DNA of 64,000 nucleotides from Clostridiales bacterium (GTDB taxonomy: Bacteria > Bacillota > Sulfobacillia > Sulfobacillales > Sulfobacillaceae), in contig DAHXNH010000185.1 in NCBI GenBank assembly GCA_027365485.1, positions 955-64,954 on the forward strand, in the 5' to 3' direction. This document shows positions 1-10,804 of the stretch, one piece after another; position 1 is the stretch's first letter; every line of letters begins with the position of its first letter. Under the pieces are notes generated by a model, which saw only the letters and a program-made list of their open reading frames with translations, did no database searches and was not told where the DNA came from. The position numbers and the translations under genes were made by a program.

Positions 1-169
1 CCATCGATGCGCTACCGTATCTCATCGAGGTCTCCCGCGCTCTGGACTACGAGTGGGTGAGCGTAGACGAGCTGCTGGCCGAGGCAGAGGATCAGCCTAC
101 TTTGCCATCGGCGGTTACTGGCGCAGCGAGAAGCATCAATCAAGATCAAACTCGGAAGGAGATCATGCC

Positions 170-1333
170 GTGAATGATGTCATTGTGGTCGGGGCGGGCC
201 CAGCCGGTAGTACCGCCGCCCGAATATTAGCCCAATCCGGATTCGACGTGACGGTGTTTGATCGGGAGTTCTTTCCCCGGGTCAAGCCTTGTGGAGGCGG
301 TCTTACCACCCGCGCCTTAAGTCTCTTGCCGCCCGGCTATTCGGACTATATCCACGCCCAGCCCACAGAGTGGATCTTCGAAGGCCGAGGCACCGAATCT
401 TCGCGCTCCGTTCATACCGAGAGGCCATACAGCCATATCGTTCACCGGGCGTCGTTTGACCAATGGCTGGCCAGTCAAGCCGAGCGGGCGGGAGCCCGCA
501 TCCATACCGGCGAAGCGGTCGTCGCTATCCAAGAGCACACCGACTCTTCCGGGTATCAGGTACGCACCAGTCACGGCACCTACCATGCCCGATATCTCAT
601 TGGTGCCGACGGTGGACGAGGTATCAGCGCAAGGTTGTTGGGTCTGAGTCGGCCTAAAAACGGGGCGGCACTAGAGGCAGAAATCGCGGTTGCGCCTGAG
701 ATTTATGAACAATGGAAGAACTCGGTGACGATTAGCATCGCCCACTATCCCTGGGGATACGCGTGGGTCATCCCCCGTCGTCCGGTCCTGAATGTCGGCG
801 TCGGCTCGTTCCGCGCCGCTCGTCTGCCCTTGCGCGCTTTACTTCAAGATTGGATCCATCAAAAATTGGGCGCTCAGGCGACGCCGATTGAGATTCTCGC
901 GCACCCTCTGCCCTATCGACACCATTTCGCCACCCTGACCAAGCCAAGAGCTCTGTTAGTCGGCGACGCCGCTGGGCTGATGGATACGCTGTCCGCCGAA
1001 GGCATCTATTCCGCCTTGCTCAGCGCGACACTCTCTGCCAAAGCAATCCGAGACGCGGCCGAAAATGACAGTCCACTCCACTTATATGATCAAAAGCTAA
1101 AGCAAACGCTTTGGCCTGAGCTAAGCTCAGCCGCCAAGATCGGTTGGCTATTTTACCCATTTCCAGGATTTTGGAGTAAGCTGTTTTTAGAAAATCCTTC
1201 CATTATCGAACAGTACCTTAAAGTCGCCCAAGGCACCGCTCCTTACTCCGCGCTGTTGCAATCCGGCCGCAATGTTTTTTTTCGCCACGCCCACCTTCGT
1301 CCTCGGATTGATAGGGCCGATTTGTCGGATTAA
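170..1333 (+). CDS. FAD-dependent geranylgeranyl reductase family oxidoreductase
   Basis: In ORF 53..1333. Has the dinucleotide-binding motif VIVVGAGPAGS...FDRE and an LVGDAAGLMD motif. GTG at 170 follows GGAAGGAG and is the likely start. Confidence 0.75.
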   Translation: MNDVIVVGAGPAGSTAARILAQSGFDVTVFDREFFPRVKPCGGGLTTRALSLLPPGYSDYIHAQPTEWIFEGRGTESSRSVHTERPYSHIVHRASFDQWLASQAERAGARIHTGEAVVAIQEHTDSSGYQVRTSHGTYHARYLIGADGGRGISARLLGLSRPKNGAALEAEIAVAPEIYEQWKNSVTISIAHYPWGYAWVIPRRPVLNVGVGSFRAARLPLRALLQDWIHQKLGAQATPIEILAHPLPYRHHFATLTKPRALLVGDAAGLMDTLSAEGIYSALLSATLSAKAIRDAAENDSPLHLYDQKLKQTLWPELSSAAKIGWLFYPFPGFWSKLFLENPSIIEQYLKVAQGTAPYSALLQSGRNVFFRHAHLRPRIDRADLSD

Positions 1334-1821
1334 GCCATGCGAATTGCGGTACCCTGAAACATCGCGATCATGTCGTCGTGTTGGTTGAACACTTTTACCG
1401 TATACACTGCGGTTCTTCGCCGAAGAACCGCTTCGTAGGCGGTTGCCGTCAACCTATCCCCCACTTTCGCCGGAGCGACAAAGGACGCACTCACATCGAG
1501 CGTGCTGGCGGCCACCCCATGGCTGTTGCTAGCTCGATCGAGTACCGTCTCCGCCATCGTAAACAATACGCCAGGATGAACGCTACCTTGGTAGTTCAGA
1601 TGACGCGTCGCTACCACCAATTCAGCCGACACCGCTTCTTCCGAAATGACCGTAAAGCGAATGCCAAGATGCTCGGCATACGGATCTTTCGGTCCCAGGT
1701 CTGACAATCCGGAGGCCTCAACTGGTGCTTCACGAACCATCTTAGCCCAGGCAGGACGGAGCCGCGCATCGAGAGTCTTCAACCATTTACCTGACCGGTG
1801 TTCCTCATCCAACCGCTGCAT
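1330..1821 (-). CDS. PaaI/hotdog-fold acyl-CoA thioesterase
   Basis: 163-aa ORF. The C-terminal ~115 aa (HLGIRF...GSVHPGVLFTMAETV...YTVKV) resemble PaaI-type hotdog thioesterases. ATG is preceded by AAAGGGGGAGGG. Confidence 0.7.
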   Translation of the reverse strand: MQRLDEEHRSGKWLKTLDARLRPAWAKMVREAPVEASGLSDLGPKDPYAEHLGIRFTVISEEAVSAELVVATRHLNYQGSVHPGVLFTMAETVLDRASNSHGVAASTLDVSASFVAPAKVGDRLTATAYEAVLRRRTAVYTVKVFNQHDDMIAMFQGTAIRMA

Positions 1822-2319
1822 AGTGGCCCTCCCCCTTTGTCTCTCATCTTATTTTAACAGCTAAAGCGCAAATCGGTCATCCAAACCTGCCGACAACAAT
1901 CTGGAAACTCCGTCAAAACTCGCCTCCCCTCACCTATTCGAAGCCGCCCGCGCGATTACGGGGGGACGAGTGCGATCATCTTCTGTCGAATGACTACGGG
2001 AAATTTATTGGCGTTCCAGAGGACGAGGCCCACGTCACTGGATCGCTCCTCACACCCTTGACTGGCCTGCCCTTAGCATGCTCACGAGAACGGCCCTCAA
2101 CAATAGCCTGGGGTGCAGCGGGTGGCGGCTGATCCAGCCCTAATCAAGCCAAGGCCGCCCCTATCGAGTCGTTGGGAAGGCCTTGACACCCTTTCTATTC
2201 TGAACGATTGCCCCAGTTGTTCGTTCTTAAACCATCCCCCGTCTTCGCCTCTCAGCCCAGAGCACCGGCGTCGGATTTCAAGGTCAAGAAAATCGCCAAA
2301 GGACGTGCTGCGAGATCTC

Positions 2320-3237
2320 TCAGTCACCGCCAAAGGTGGGCAACACGCTCTGAGCGATATCGCGATCCAGTGCCTCATAGCGCTCATAGCCCAAGAGGTC
2401 ATACAACTGGCGCCGGGTCTGCATCCGGTCAATCCAATCCTTTTGGCTGCCCGCTTGCTTTAGCGTCTGGTACAGCTCCCCCATGGCCAACGCAGCCACC
2501 CTGAGCGCAGTTACGGGGAAAATGACCAGCCGATATCCCAGGTCAGTAAACTGGTCGACACTAAGATATGGGGTGCGACCAAACTCGGTCATATTGGCCA
2601 ATAAAGGTGCTGAAATTTTCTCGGCAGCTAACGCAAACTCCTCTCGGCTTTCGAGGGCTTCCACAAAAATAGCCTCTGCTCCCGCCGACTGATACTGTCG
2701 CGCGCGCTCTATGGCGGCGTCCATCCCCTCCACGCTGCGCGCATCGGTGCGGGCTACCACCACCAAGTCTGGCGCAATCCGGCGAATCATTTCTACCTTT
2801 TGACACATCTCCGCTGCCGACACCAAGCGTTTCCCACTTAAATGCCCGCACTTTTTAGGCATTTCTTGGTCTTCGATTTGGACCGCGGCCACGCCCGCTT
2901 CCACCATTTCAGACACGGCCCGGGCGACGTTTAGCACGCCCCCATAGCCGGTATCAATGTCCACCAGCAGAGGCACCTGACTGGCCCGAATCACTTCCCT
3001 GGCTCGGCGGCTGACTTCTTCGGACTCGATGATCCCTAAATCGGGCAAACCTTGGCTGGCGCTCAATGCCGCCCCCGATAGATAGTGCCCCTGAATAAAG
3101 CCCGCTTGACGGGCCAGCAATGCGCTAAGCCCGTCATAGACTCCGGGCAACACCAGAATCGGACCGGCCGTCATCCGTTCGCGAAATGCAATTGAAAGCT
3201 CCCTTTGCGTTTTGGCGTGCTCGATGAACCAGGACAT
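2320..3237 (-). CDS. prpB: methylisocitrate lyase
   Basis: Isocitrate-lyase/PEP-mutase family motifs: VDIDTGYGG, IEDQEMPKKCGHLSGK, ARTDA. ATG at 3237 follows AGGAGAG. Last gene of the prpC-prpD-prpB order. Confidence 0.85.
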   Translation of the reverse strand: MSWFIEHAKTQRELSIAFRERMTAGPILVLPGVYDGLSALLARQAGFIQGHYLSGAALSASQGLPDLGIIESEEVSRRAREVIRASQVPLLVDIDTGYGGVLNVARAVSEMVEAGVAAVQIEDQEMPKKCGHLSGKRLVSAAEMCQKVEMIRRIAPDLVVVARTDARSVEGMDAAIERARQYQSAGAEAIFVEALESREEFALAAEKISAPLLANMTEFGRTPYLSVDQFTDLGYRLVIFPVTALRVAALAMGELYQTLKQAGSQKDWIDRMQTRRQLYDLLGYERYEALDRDIAQSVLPTFGGD

Positions 3238-3269
3238 CGCTTCTCTCCTCACTTTCCTGACTACTTTGG

Positions 3270-4691
3270 CTATACCGTGTTCGCAGGTAGCCAGGTATCC
3301 ACGAACGCTTCGACGCTCATCTCAGCCAGGCGCTTCGGCTCTTCGGCCAAGGCCAAGATTTTTCGCTGCTGATCGGTAGGCAAGTGGCCCACGCTCTTCG
3401 CTAATTTCTCGAGGAGACGCGGCCAAGCTTCCTGCCGACGCTGACGATGGCCTAAAGGATATCGAATTTCTATTCGATCACTCGAAGTGCCATCAGAAAA
3501 ATGAACCTGGACCGCGTTCGCGATGGAACGGTGCGCAGGCTCCAAATATTCTCGGGAATACTCTGGCCGCTCCACCACCACCATCTTCGCCCGGAGCCTG
3601 TCAATGCGAGGATCCGCCGCCATCTCCTGGCCGTAGGAGCGATCTGTCACTTCGCCGTACACGAGTCCTACCGCCACCATGTATTGCAGGGAATGATCGC
3701 GGTCGGCGGGGTTTTTGAGCACCCCGGTCTTATTAATAATCCGCATCGCTGACTCTTGGGTTTCAATGTCGATTCGCTCTACCTGATCGAGGCGCGGGGC
3801 CACCTCGGGATACAAAGCGATGGCACATTCAACGGCCGTCTGACCATGAAACTCGGCGGGATAGGCGACCTTGAAGAGGACATTTTCCATCACGTAATCT
3901 GAAAGCGGCCGATCCAGACGGAGAGTCTCCCCGTGCAAAACCACGTCCTCGAACCCCCACGTCGGCGCGCTGAGCGCGGTGGGATAGCCCATCTCGCCCC
4001 GCATGCTAATCAGTGCCAAACGCACTGCGCGAGCCACGGCATCACCGGCAGCCCAAGATTTTCGGCTGCCGGTGTTGGGCGCATGGCGATAGGTGCGAAG
4101 ACTGCCGCCATCGATGAATGCCTGCGATACCGCCTGCACTACCTGGCTCCGATCGGCGCCCAAGATCGTGGCAACCACCGCGGTCGAAGCAACCTTAGTC
4201 CACCACACATGGTCAAATCCGACCCGGTTCAGGCCGACGGAAAGCGACAACACGCCTTGAATTTCGTGTGCCTTCACCATCGCCCGAAGGACCTCTTCAA
4301 TCCGCACTGGAGCCTCTCTCTGGGTGCGGCTCACCCAGTCAGCCACCGTCAAAATAGCCCCAATATTGTCACTCGGGTGCCCCCACTCCAACCCAAGCCA
4401 GGTGTCATTATAATCTAGCCATCGAATCATCGTGCCTAGATTGAACGCCGCTTCGACCGGATCGAGCACGAAGCGCGTTCCAGGCACCCGGGCTCCGTTC
4501 ACCACCTCGACTCCTGGCGCCAAGCCTCCCAGCAGGTTGACGCACTGAGGATGGTTTAAAGCCAGCACCGCGCAACCTAAGGCATCCATCAAGACCCAGC
4601 CAGCCGTCTGCATGGCCAACTCGCTGAAGGTCCTTTCAGACAAAGCATAGTCGGCAATGTCTTGAATGACTTGGTCGTACTCCCAATCCAT
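3270..4691 (-). CDS. prpD: 2-methylcitrate dehydratase (MmgE/PrpD family)
   Basis: Long ORF 3270..4817. The internal ATG at 4691 (MDWEYDQVIQDIADYAL) has a GAGGTGAGGGG SD and removes the overlap with prpC. The call rests on overall PrpD-like sequence. Confidence 0.85.
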   Translation of the reverse strand: MDWEYDQVIQDIADYALSERTFSELAMQTAGWVLMDALGCAVLALNHPQCVNLLGGLAPGVEVVNGARVPGTRFVLDPVEAAFNLGTMIRWLDYNDTWLGLEWGHPSDNIGAILTVADWVSRTQREAPVRIEEVLRAMVKAHEIQGVLSLSVGLNRVGFDHVWWTKVASTAVVATILGADRSQVVQAVSQAFIDGGSLRTYRHAPNTGSRKSWAAGDAVARAVRLALISMRGEMGYPTALSAPTWGFEDVVLHGETLRLDRPLSDYVMENVLFKVAYPAEFHGQTAVECAIALYPEVAPRLDQVERIDIETQESAMRIINKTGVLKNPADRDHSLQYMVAVGLVYGEVTDRSYGQEMAADPRIDRLRAKMVVVERPEYSREYLEPAHRSIANAVQVHFSDGTSSDRIEIRYPLGHRQRRQEAWPRLLEKLAKSVGHLPTDQQRKILALAEEPKRLAEMSVEAFVDTWLPANTV

Positions 4692-4708
4692 CCCCTCACC
4701 TCTTCGAT

Positions 4709-5866
4709 TCAAATTGAGCCTGATCCTGATTCCATTCTGAGTCCTCGCGGTCCCAGATAGCGAACCCGTGGCCGATAGAGCCTGTTGTTGGCATACTGTT
4801 CGCGAATATGCGCGCAAAGCCCGGCCGTTCTCGCGGCAAAAAAGATGGGAGTAAACAACTCCGTGGGAATTCCCAACAAATGATAAACCGGGGCCGCATA
4901 ATAGTCGAGGTTGGCAAAGAGCCCCTTTTCCTGACGCATCACGTCCTCACCAATCTGGCACATCGCGAGAAGGTCGCCGCCCCCTTTTTCTTCCACTAAA
5001 CGCGCCAACAAAGTCTTCATCATAACTGCCCGTGGATCCGGGCGATGCATATAAACCCGGTGCCCGAATCCCATAATCCGATCTTTAGCCTGAAGACGCG
5101 CCTTTAGGTAGGCTGCCATGGCTTCAGGGCGGCCCACCTTTTCCAGCATGTGCATCACTTCTTCGTTAGCACCCCCATGCAGCGGTCCCTTCAGAGAGGC
5201 TACAGCGCCGGTCATGGCGGCATACGGATCGGCTAACGTCGAAGCAATAACCCGGGCACAAAATGTAGAATTTGGCATTTCGTGTTCGCTATAAAGCGTT
5301 AATAGCTTGTCAAATATCTCGCTGGCTAACGCTGTCGGTTCCCAGCCGGTGATCTGCCACAGAAAATTCGCGGCATAATCGAGGTCAACACGCTCCTCGA
5401 GCAACGGCAATTTCGCTTTGACGCGGTAGCTTTGGGCCACTAACGTCGACATTTTTGCCCAGAGACTCATCAATTGCCGATCGCGATCGACGTTCTCGGC
5501 CCTGGCCACATCGGGATCTGAGGCCGCCAGGGCCGAAATCCCCGTACGCAGCGCATCCATCAAGTGGACCTGTGGTCCCAACTGCCGGAAGATCTGACCT
5601 ATCGCCTCGGGCACGGACTGGGCCTGCATCAAGTCAGTGGCTAACTGCCGGTGTTGTTGCGGCGTCGGCAGTTCTCGGTGCCAGAGCAGATAGCCTACGT
5701 CGAGATACGACACCCGCTCGGCTAATTCGATCAGGTCATATCCCCGAATCACAATGCTTTCTGCCTCGAGGTCTAAGTACGAGACCTCGGTTTCGGTAGC
5801 GATTACCCCGTCCAAGCCTGGGTGGTACTCCTCCATGGGCGTTCCCTCCATCTCTATTTGATCCAT
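4709..5866 (-). CDS. prpC: 2-methylcitrate synthase / citrate synthase family
   Basis: Citrate-synthase motifs: GPLHGGANE, GFGHRVY, DYY. The start is ambiguous; ATG at 5836 has the best SD (GGAGGGA). Confidence 0.85.
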   Translation of the reverse strand: MDQIEMEGTPMEEYHPGLDGVIATETEVSYLDLEAESIVIRGYDLIELAERVSYLDVGYLLWHRELPTPQQHRQLATDLMQAQSVPEAIGQIFRQLGPQVHLMDALRTGISALAASDPDVARAENVDRDRQLMSLWAKMSTLVAQSYRVKAKLPLLEERVDLDYAANFLWQITGWEPTALASEIFDKLLTLYSEHEMPNSTFCARVIASTLADPYAAMTGAVASLKGPLHGGANEEVMHMLEKVGRPEAMAAYLKARLQAKDRIMGFGHRVYMHRPDPRAVMMKTLLARLVEEKGGGDLLAMCQIGEDVMRQEKGLFANLDYYAAPVYHLLGIPTELFTPIFFAARTAGLCAHIREQYANNRLYRPRVRYLGPRGLRMESGSGSI

Positions 5867-5901
5867 CTCCTCTTTTAATCGATCTGCCTTTCTTGGTCCA
5901 A

Positions 5902-7602
5902 TCAGGGTCTGGATCTGGGATCTCGACCGATTCGCCGCGGCCGCATCCGTCTTCGCATGCGGATCAAACTCAGACTGGCTCTAAGCCAAAACACGGCCGC
6001 AACGATGCTGGCCGCCAACAACCAAGGACTGATGGCCGCATGCGAGCGCGACCAAAATAGCCATCCCGAGAAAGCCACCCCCCAAAATACGGTGTCAATC
6101 AATAGCCGCATTTCTTGACTCAGCAGGTCTACCCGTCTTAACATCGGCGTCCACGCCGGTTCCGTTTTCACTCCACCGGCTTCAATCTGATTTAACACCC
6201 GTTCCAAGCTGGCGGGAAGCCTTCCCAGCCTTCCCATTTCTTCGCCGACTCGACCCAAAACCACCCGCGTGGCGGTCTCGGCCTCCGCCCCCAACAGCGC
6301 ACCGACCCACTCGCCGATCCGCGCCTGCCAACCCGATACCGCAAAACTCTTGGCGTTAATCATTGGCAATGCTTCTTTTTTGACCAGGTCCAGCCAATCC
6401 ACGCTATCGTCCAACTGGCTGACCAGACTAAACAGCATGCCAATCGCACGGCCCAAAAACATGTACTCGGCGGGAAACTCGAGAGGCTCTTGATATAAAA
6501 AGTCTTGGAAATCGGCCACCGCCTGATTCAACACCGGCCCCGGTTCCAATTGGACGCCGCCCACTTGCTGCAGTAAGACGTTCATCGAACGGACGAGCAA
6601 ACGGGCATCTGCCTCGGGCCGAATAAAGCCGAGTCCTGCGATGGCCTGAACCACCTGCTGCGCGTCTTTAGCCAAGACCCCTTGAATTAATTTAGCCGCA
6701 TAGGGCATCTGTGTCGCTGGAATTTCTCCGCACATGCCAAAATCCAAGAGCACCAGTTGACCCTGTGCATCGGCCAAAAAGTTGCCAGGATGGGGATCGA
6801 TTTGCACCAAGCCGTCGACAATGATCTGTTTAAAATATGTAGTCACCAAGGTTCGTGCCAAACGCTTGGGATCTAATCCATACGCCTTTAATCCTTCGGC
6901 GTCGGTGAGCTTCACGCCCTCGACCAACTCCATCACCAGCACCTTGGGTCGGGTGTAATCAGGATAGGCTCTAGGTACCCGGACATCGTCAATCGCAGCG
7001 AAATGCTGACTGAACGCTTCTAGATTTTGCTGCTCATGCAGATAGTCTAGTTCTTGGCCCACCAGGATTCGAAACTCTTCAAACAAGCGTTCGGCATTAA
7101 TCCGTCGACCGGCTTTGGTCCACCGCGAGATCGCCCGCATGATGTAACCCAGCGCGCTCAGATCCGTCGCAGCTAGATCCAAAATACCTGGGCGTTGCAC
7201 CTTCACCGCCACCCATTGTCCGGATTCCGCCAGGCGCGCACGGTGCACTTGACCCAGAGAGGCGGCAGCCAAGGGGTCCGCATCAAACTCGGAAAACACC
7301 ACCCTCCAACCGCCGCCATAGGCCGCATCCAGCAACGCTTCCACCTGAGTCCAAGGCGCGGCCGGGACTTGATCCTGCAGCACAGCCAACTCGCGGGTAA
7401 AGTCCAACGGCAATACGTCGGTCCTGGCACTCAAAAATTGACCGACTTTAATAATCAGACCGCCCAACCGAAATGCCTCGCGTCGAAACCTTTCGCCGCC
7501 AGCGCGGTAAATGTCTCGCTCATAGCGAGCCGCTTGCTCTGGATGCTGACGACGTTTGGCGCGAGCGATCTTTCGAGAATCCTGGAAAAAGGACCAAGCC
7601 AA
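5902..7602 (-). CDS. ABC1/UbiB-family atypical kinase with C-terminal TM segments
   Basis: Motifs KVGQFLSARTDVLP, ASLGQVHRA, VAVKVQRPG and DPHPGN, plus a hydrophobic C-terminus. TTG start. Confidence 0.8.
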   Translation of the reverse strand: MAWSFFQDSRKIARAKRRQHPEQAARYERDIYRAGGERFRREAFRLGGLIIKVGQFLSARTDVLPLDFTRELAVLQDQVPAAPWTQVEALLDAAYGGGWRVVFSEFDADPLAAASLGQVHRARLAESGQWVAVKVQRPGILDLAATDLSALGYIMRAISRWTKAGRRINAERLFEEFRILVGQELDYLHEQQNLEAFSQHFAAIDDVRVPRAYPDYTRPKVLVMELVEGVKLTDAEGLKAYGLDPKRLARTLVTTYFKQIIVDGLVQIDPHPGNFLADAQGQLVLLDFGMCGEIPATQMPYAAKLIQGVLAKDAQQVVQAIAGLGFIRPEADARLLVRSMNVLLQQVGGVQLEPGPVLNQAVADFQDFLYQEPLEFPAEYMFLGRAIGMLFSLVSQLDDSVDWLDLVKKEALPMINAKSFAVSGWQARIGEWVGALLGAEAETATRVVLGRVGEEMGRLGRLPASLERVLNQIEAGGVKTEPAWTPMLRRVDLLSQEMRLLIDTVFWGVAFSGWLFWSRSHAAISPWLLAASIVAAVFWLRASLSLIRMRRRMRPRRIGRDPRSRP

Positions 7603-7664
7603 GGCAAAAACGGCCCAAGTCCTCAGGACGCGCGCCCACCGCCCCGAGCCATTGCCAGATTCGC

Positions 7665-7877
7665 CTAGGATTCTTCATCCGGCGCCGGATTCTCTGCCGG
7701 CTCCTTCCAGACCATGAACGCTTCCCGAATCTTTTCCCGGAACCTTGCATTCTTCTCGGCCCACTCACCGGAAGCACCACCGTCTGCGGTCGTCCAACCG
7801 CGCACTACCTGGCGCAGCCCTAACAGCGCCAGCAACCACACCCACATCGGGGTCCTCGCTCGTCTTCGAAACAACAT
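7665..7877 (-). CDS. small hypothetical membrane protein (70 aa)
   Basis: ATG at 7877 follows a strong AAGGAGGGA SD. One hydrophobic helix (WVWLLALLGL). No family recognised. Confidence 0.4.
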   Translation of the reverse strand: MLFRRRARTPMWVWLLALLGLRQVVRGWTTADGGASGEWAEKNARFREKIREAFMVWKEPAENPAPDEES

Positions 7878-8121
7878 GATCCATCCCTCCTTGATTTCAT
7901 TATAATCCTTCTCATCGGGGATCAAGGGTGGGTGTCCCATCCTCATCGCCGGTTCTTACGGCTCTATCCAAATCCTCGCTCAATTTCTGCGCATTTTGAC
8001 CCGATGGTGGTCGTCCACCGGAAAACCCGTGCGGACGCACCCGCGCTTTCCCCTGCCATCGGTTATAATGGCCGTAGCAACACAGTTCCTGCGTTTCTTA
8101 ACGCAAAAGGCGGCGGCTTGC

Positions 8122-8589
8122 ATGGTGATTATTGCCATTGGAATCATTTTGCTTATCGGGGCCGGCGTGTGGCGATCTGGACCCAGTGGTCCTCGACTAC
8201 TCATTGCCTTTGTCGGCGGAGCCGTCGTCATCACCGGAATCATCACCGCCCTTTCGCTGCCAGAATTGGCTGGCGGTCCTCAACTAGCTGCGGACGCCCC
8301 TACGCTTCGCATTCGCATCAGCGGCACCCCCGGCCTCCATTACCAGGGGGCGTGGGCAGTCACCACGTTAGGCGGGTCTGCGGCCAGCGCAAATATCCGT
8401 GGCACCACGCCGCATCTTTACACCATGCCGCAGCAGGGCGATCTGGACGTGCGCATTCATCGCTTATCCCCGTCGGGCCATCTGATTCTCGAAATCTTAG
8501 TCAATGGCCAGGTCGTCGCCAAGCGCGAATCGAGCGGCCATTCCACCACCGTGTTGGCTTCCTATGAAACCAATGGGGTCAGCGGTTAA
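8122..8589 (+). CDS. hypothetical membrane-anchored protein
   Basis: In ORF 7996..8589. ATG at 8122 follows AAAGGCGGCGG. Two N-terminal TM helices are followed by a soluble domain. No family recognised. Confidence 0.45.
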   Translation: MVIIAIGIILLIGAGVWRSGPSGPRLLIAFVGGAVVITGIITALSLPELAGGPQLAADAPTLRIRISGTPGLHYQGAWAVTTLGGSAASANIRGTTPHLYTMPQQGDLDVRIHRLSPSGHLILEILVNGQVVAKRESSGHSTTVLASYETNGVSG

Positions 8590-10691
8590 AGCTGATTGAA
8601 CCATCTCTTTAAGTGACTTAGCGCCTGGCCCTGACTGGGAACGGTCAGATAAGTAGGCTCAGCAGATACCAAGAGGGTTTTAGCCGACTCCACATCGTCC
8701 ATCCAGTTGACTTTCTGCAACCCCGCAATCGTCGGAGACGAGACCGTTACCCGACCTGTCTTATCATTCCACACCATCAGTCGGAGGTCCTTGCCATTGG
8801 TCCATACTTCGCCACTGTAGTTGCCATGACTCCAAATCAGGTCAGGATGGTAGCCGCGAATCATGCGTATCGCAGTCAACACCGCGGAGAATGCAGGTTT
8901 TGGCGTGAAGTTCAAGTGTTGGTCACCCATCCCGCTATTGAGAAAATTTTGGATGAACAAGTAGACCGGTCCGCTTCCCGCACTGAGACTCTCGAAACTG
9001 GCGCGAACCAAATATTCCGCTTGCTGGATCGGACTGACCCATTGCGTATTCCAACCGACTTCGGTCATCCACAAAATGGGCGGCAAGCCTGCTTGATGGA
9101 GAAACGACAAATTGTGAAACACCGCATTGGTAATCGGGAAGGTGGTGTTTTCTGGTGCTGGTTTGCCAGGATAATAATGGATCGCCAGGCCGTTGAAAAC
9201 ATCCCCCGAGGCCTGGTAGACGGTCTTATCATCATGGGCGTATTCCAACAAAAAGGCCTTGGGTTCAATGGCTCTTACCGTAGCCGCCGTGGCCTTGACC
9301 AACTCGCCATACTGGGTCATACTGCCGCCCCAGCGCGACGGAATCGACGGCTCGTTCCAGATTTCCCAATCGGTGATGCCATAGGCTCCCCATCCGTGTG
9401 CTTGGGCCAGCAGCCCTCCCGGCCGATAGCGCTCGACAATTTGCCGCACTCCTGCTTCATAGGCCTTAACGGCGGCGGCAAAGGTAATGTGATCGGCAGG
9501 ATCAAAGGGATTTTTCCCCGTCGGCCACGAGTTTAAGATGCCGAGCACTTGCATGCCATGATGATGCGCTGCTGCCATCATCGGATCATAAATCGACCAA
9601 TCGGGCAATAAATTGGTATCAAACTCCAGCCTCACGGAACGCACCCCTTGGTCGGCCAAGGTCGAAAACTCTAGCGCAATGTCTTGTTGCCGCACCTTGG
9701 GGCTCAAATACCAAGAGACCACACTAATATTCATGCCGATGCGAGTACTTCCCGGATTGAGCGCGGGGGGAATCAGAGCCAAGCCCATTTGCGGTAGAGA
9801 TTCCAGCACCTGTCCGGTGTCCTGATTGATTAAATTGTACTGAACCCCATACCAGCCCAAATGGCTCACCGGCAACCGAGCATTAAACGATTGACTGTGC
9901 GCGCGAGCGATATGAATGGCACGACGCACGGTCCAATGCTGTCCGTCCGCGTCGACCACCTGGCCGACCAAGCTTAAGTTTAAGGGCCGGTTTTCTCCAT
10001 TTTCGACATGAATTACATACGAAGGCGGGTCGCTCGCCGGATACATGCCGGCCGCTGCGGTCGGATCGGCGGTGACCACGGTTTGCAGCGGGTGAATCTG
10101 AAATTGGCGGAACTGGACATCGGCATGGGCCGCATATAGTCCCGCGTCTGGCTGGGTTCGAGCTAGACCACGAAAAAACCGTCCCGTAATCTGCCACCCG
10201 GCAGGTGGTTTTGACCCTGTCCACACTCGTCCATCGAGCACATTGTCCGAAACCAACAGTTCCATTGACACCCAACGATGCAATGGTACTTTATAAGGTA
10301 TGCGGCTCACCACCTGAAAGCCGTCATTGATCAGTTCCAGTCCCTGGTTGGTCACATCCAAGGACCATTTGTATTGCCCGTTGCCATTGGCCGCTGAGTG
10401 ATCGACCAGACCCACCGTGTATTTCCCTGACTGCGGCAGCGCGCCGATATTAAACTCCACCGACAACAGCGTCGGGTTAGGGTAATGATTGACTTGATAC
10501 GCATATTGATTCACCAAATTGGTGGTTTGATTGAGGTCGGTGGCGTCTATGATGCCATCTGAAGCGGTCCATTGGCCCGCGCTGGGAATCAACCCAGCCA
10601 CCGTACCCGGGGAGGCTTGGACTAAACTCCCGACACCTAGACTGGCCACCACGAGTAATCCTGCCGTCAACCATCGCGAAATCAACCGCAT
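8586..10691 (-). CDS. secreted glycoside hydrolase, clan GH-A (TIM-barrel) catalytic domain with N-terminal accessory domains
   Basis: Signal peptide MRLISRWLTAGLLVVASLGVGSLVQA. Has a WEIWNEP (acid/base NEP) motif and a WMTEVGW (nucleophile) motif in the C-terminal half. Confidence 0.7.
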   Translation of the reverse strand: MRLISRWLTAGLLVVASLGVGSLVQASPGTVAGLIPSAGQWTASDGIIDATDLNQTTNLVNQYAYQVNHYPNPTLLSVEFNIGALPQSGKYTVGLVDHSAANGNGQYKWSLDVTNQGLELINDGFQVVSRIPYKVPLHRWVSMELLVSDNVLDGRVWTGSKPPAGWQITGRFFRGLARTQPDAGLYAAHADVQFRQFQIHPLQTVVTADPTAAAGMYPASDPPSYVIHVENGENRPLNLSLVGQVVDADGQHWTVRRAIHIARAHSQSFNARLPVSHLGWYGVQYNLINQDTGQVLESLPQMGLALIPPALNPGSTRIGMNISVVSWYLSPKVRQQDIALEFSTLADQGVRSVRLEFDTNLLPDWSIYDPMMAAAHHHGMQVLGILNSWPTGKNPFDPADHITFAAAVKAYEAGVRQIVERYRPGGLLAQAHGWGAYGITDWEIWNEPSIPSRWGGSMTQYGELVKATAATVRAIEPKAFLLEYAHDDKTVYQASGDVFNGLAIHYYPGKPAPENTTFPITNAVFHNLSFLHQAGLPPILWMTEVGWNTQWVSPIQQAEYLVRASFESLSAGSGPVYLFIQNFLNSGMGDQHLNFTPKPAFSAVLTAIRMIRGYHPDLIWSHGNYSGEVWTNGKDLRLMVWNDKTGRVTVSSPTIAGLQKVNWMDDVESAKTLLVSAEPTYLTVPSQGQALSHLKRWFNQL

Positions 10692-10804
10692 GCTTGCAAC
10701 ACTCCATCGAATTGGCAGACCTTGCCGTTTTCGCTAGTGTATCATGACTACCGTCTACGTGTAGCCCCTTCCTCCGGTCCGATTGTCCCTGTCGGATGAA
10801 TCGG

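Noticed and set aside
4692-4817. 42-aa N-terminal extension of PrpD overlapping the prpC 3' end.
   Set aside because: The internal ATG at 4691 has a strong SD, and the conserved PrpD sequence begins there.
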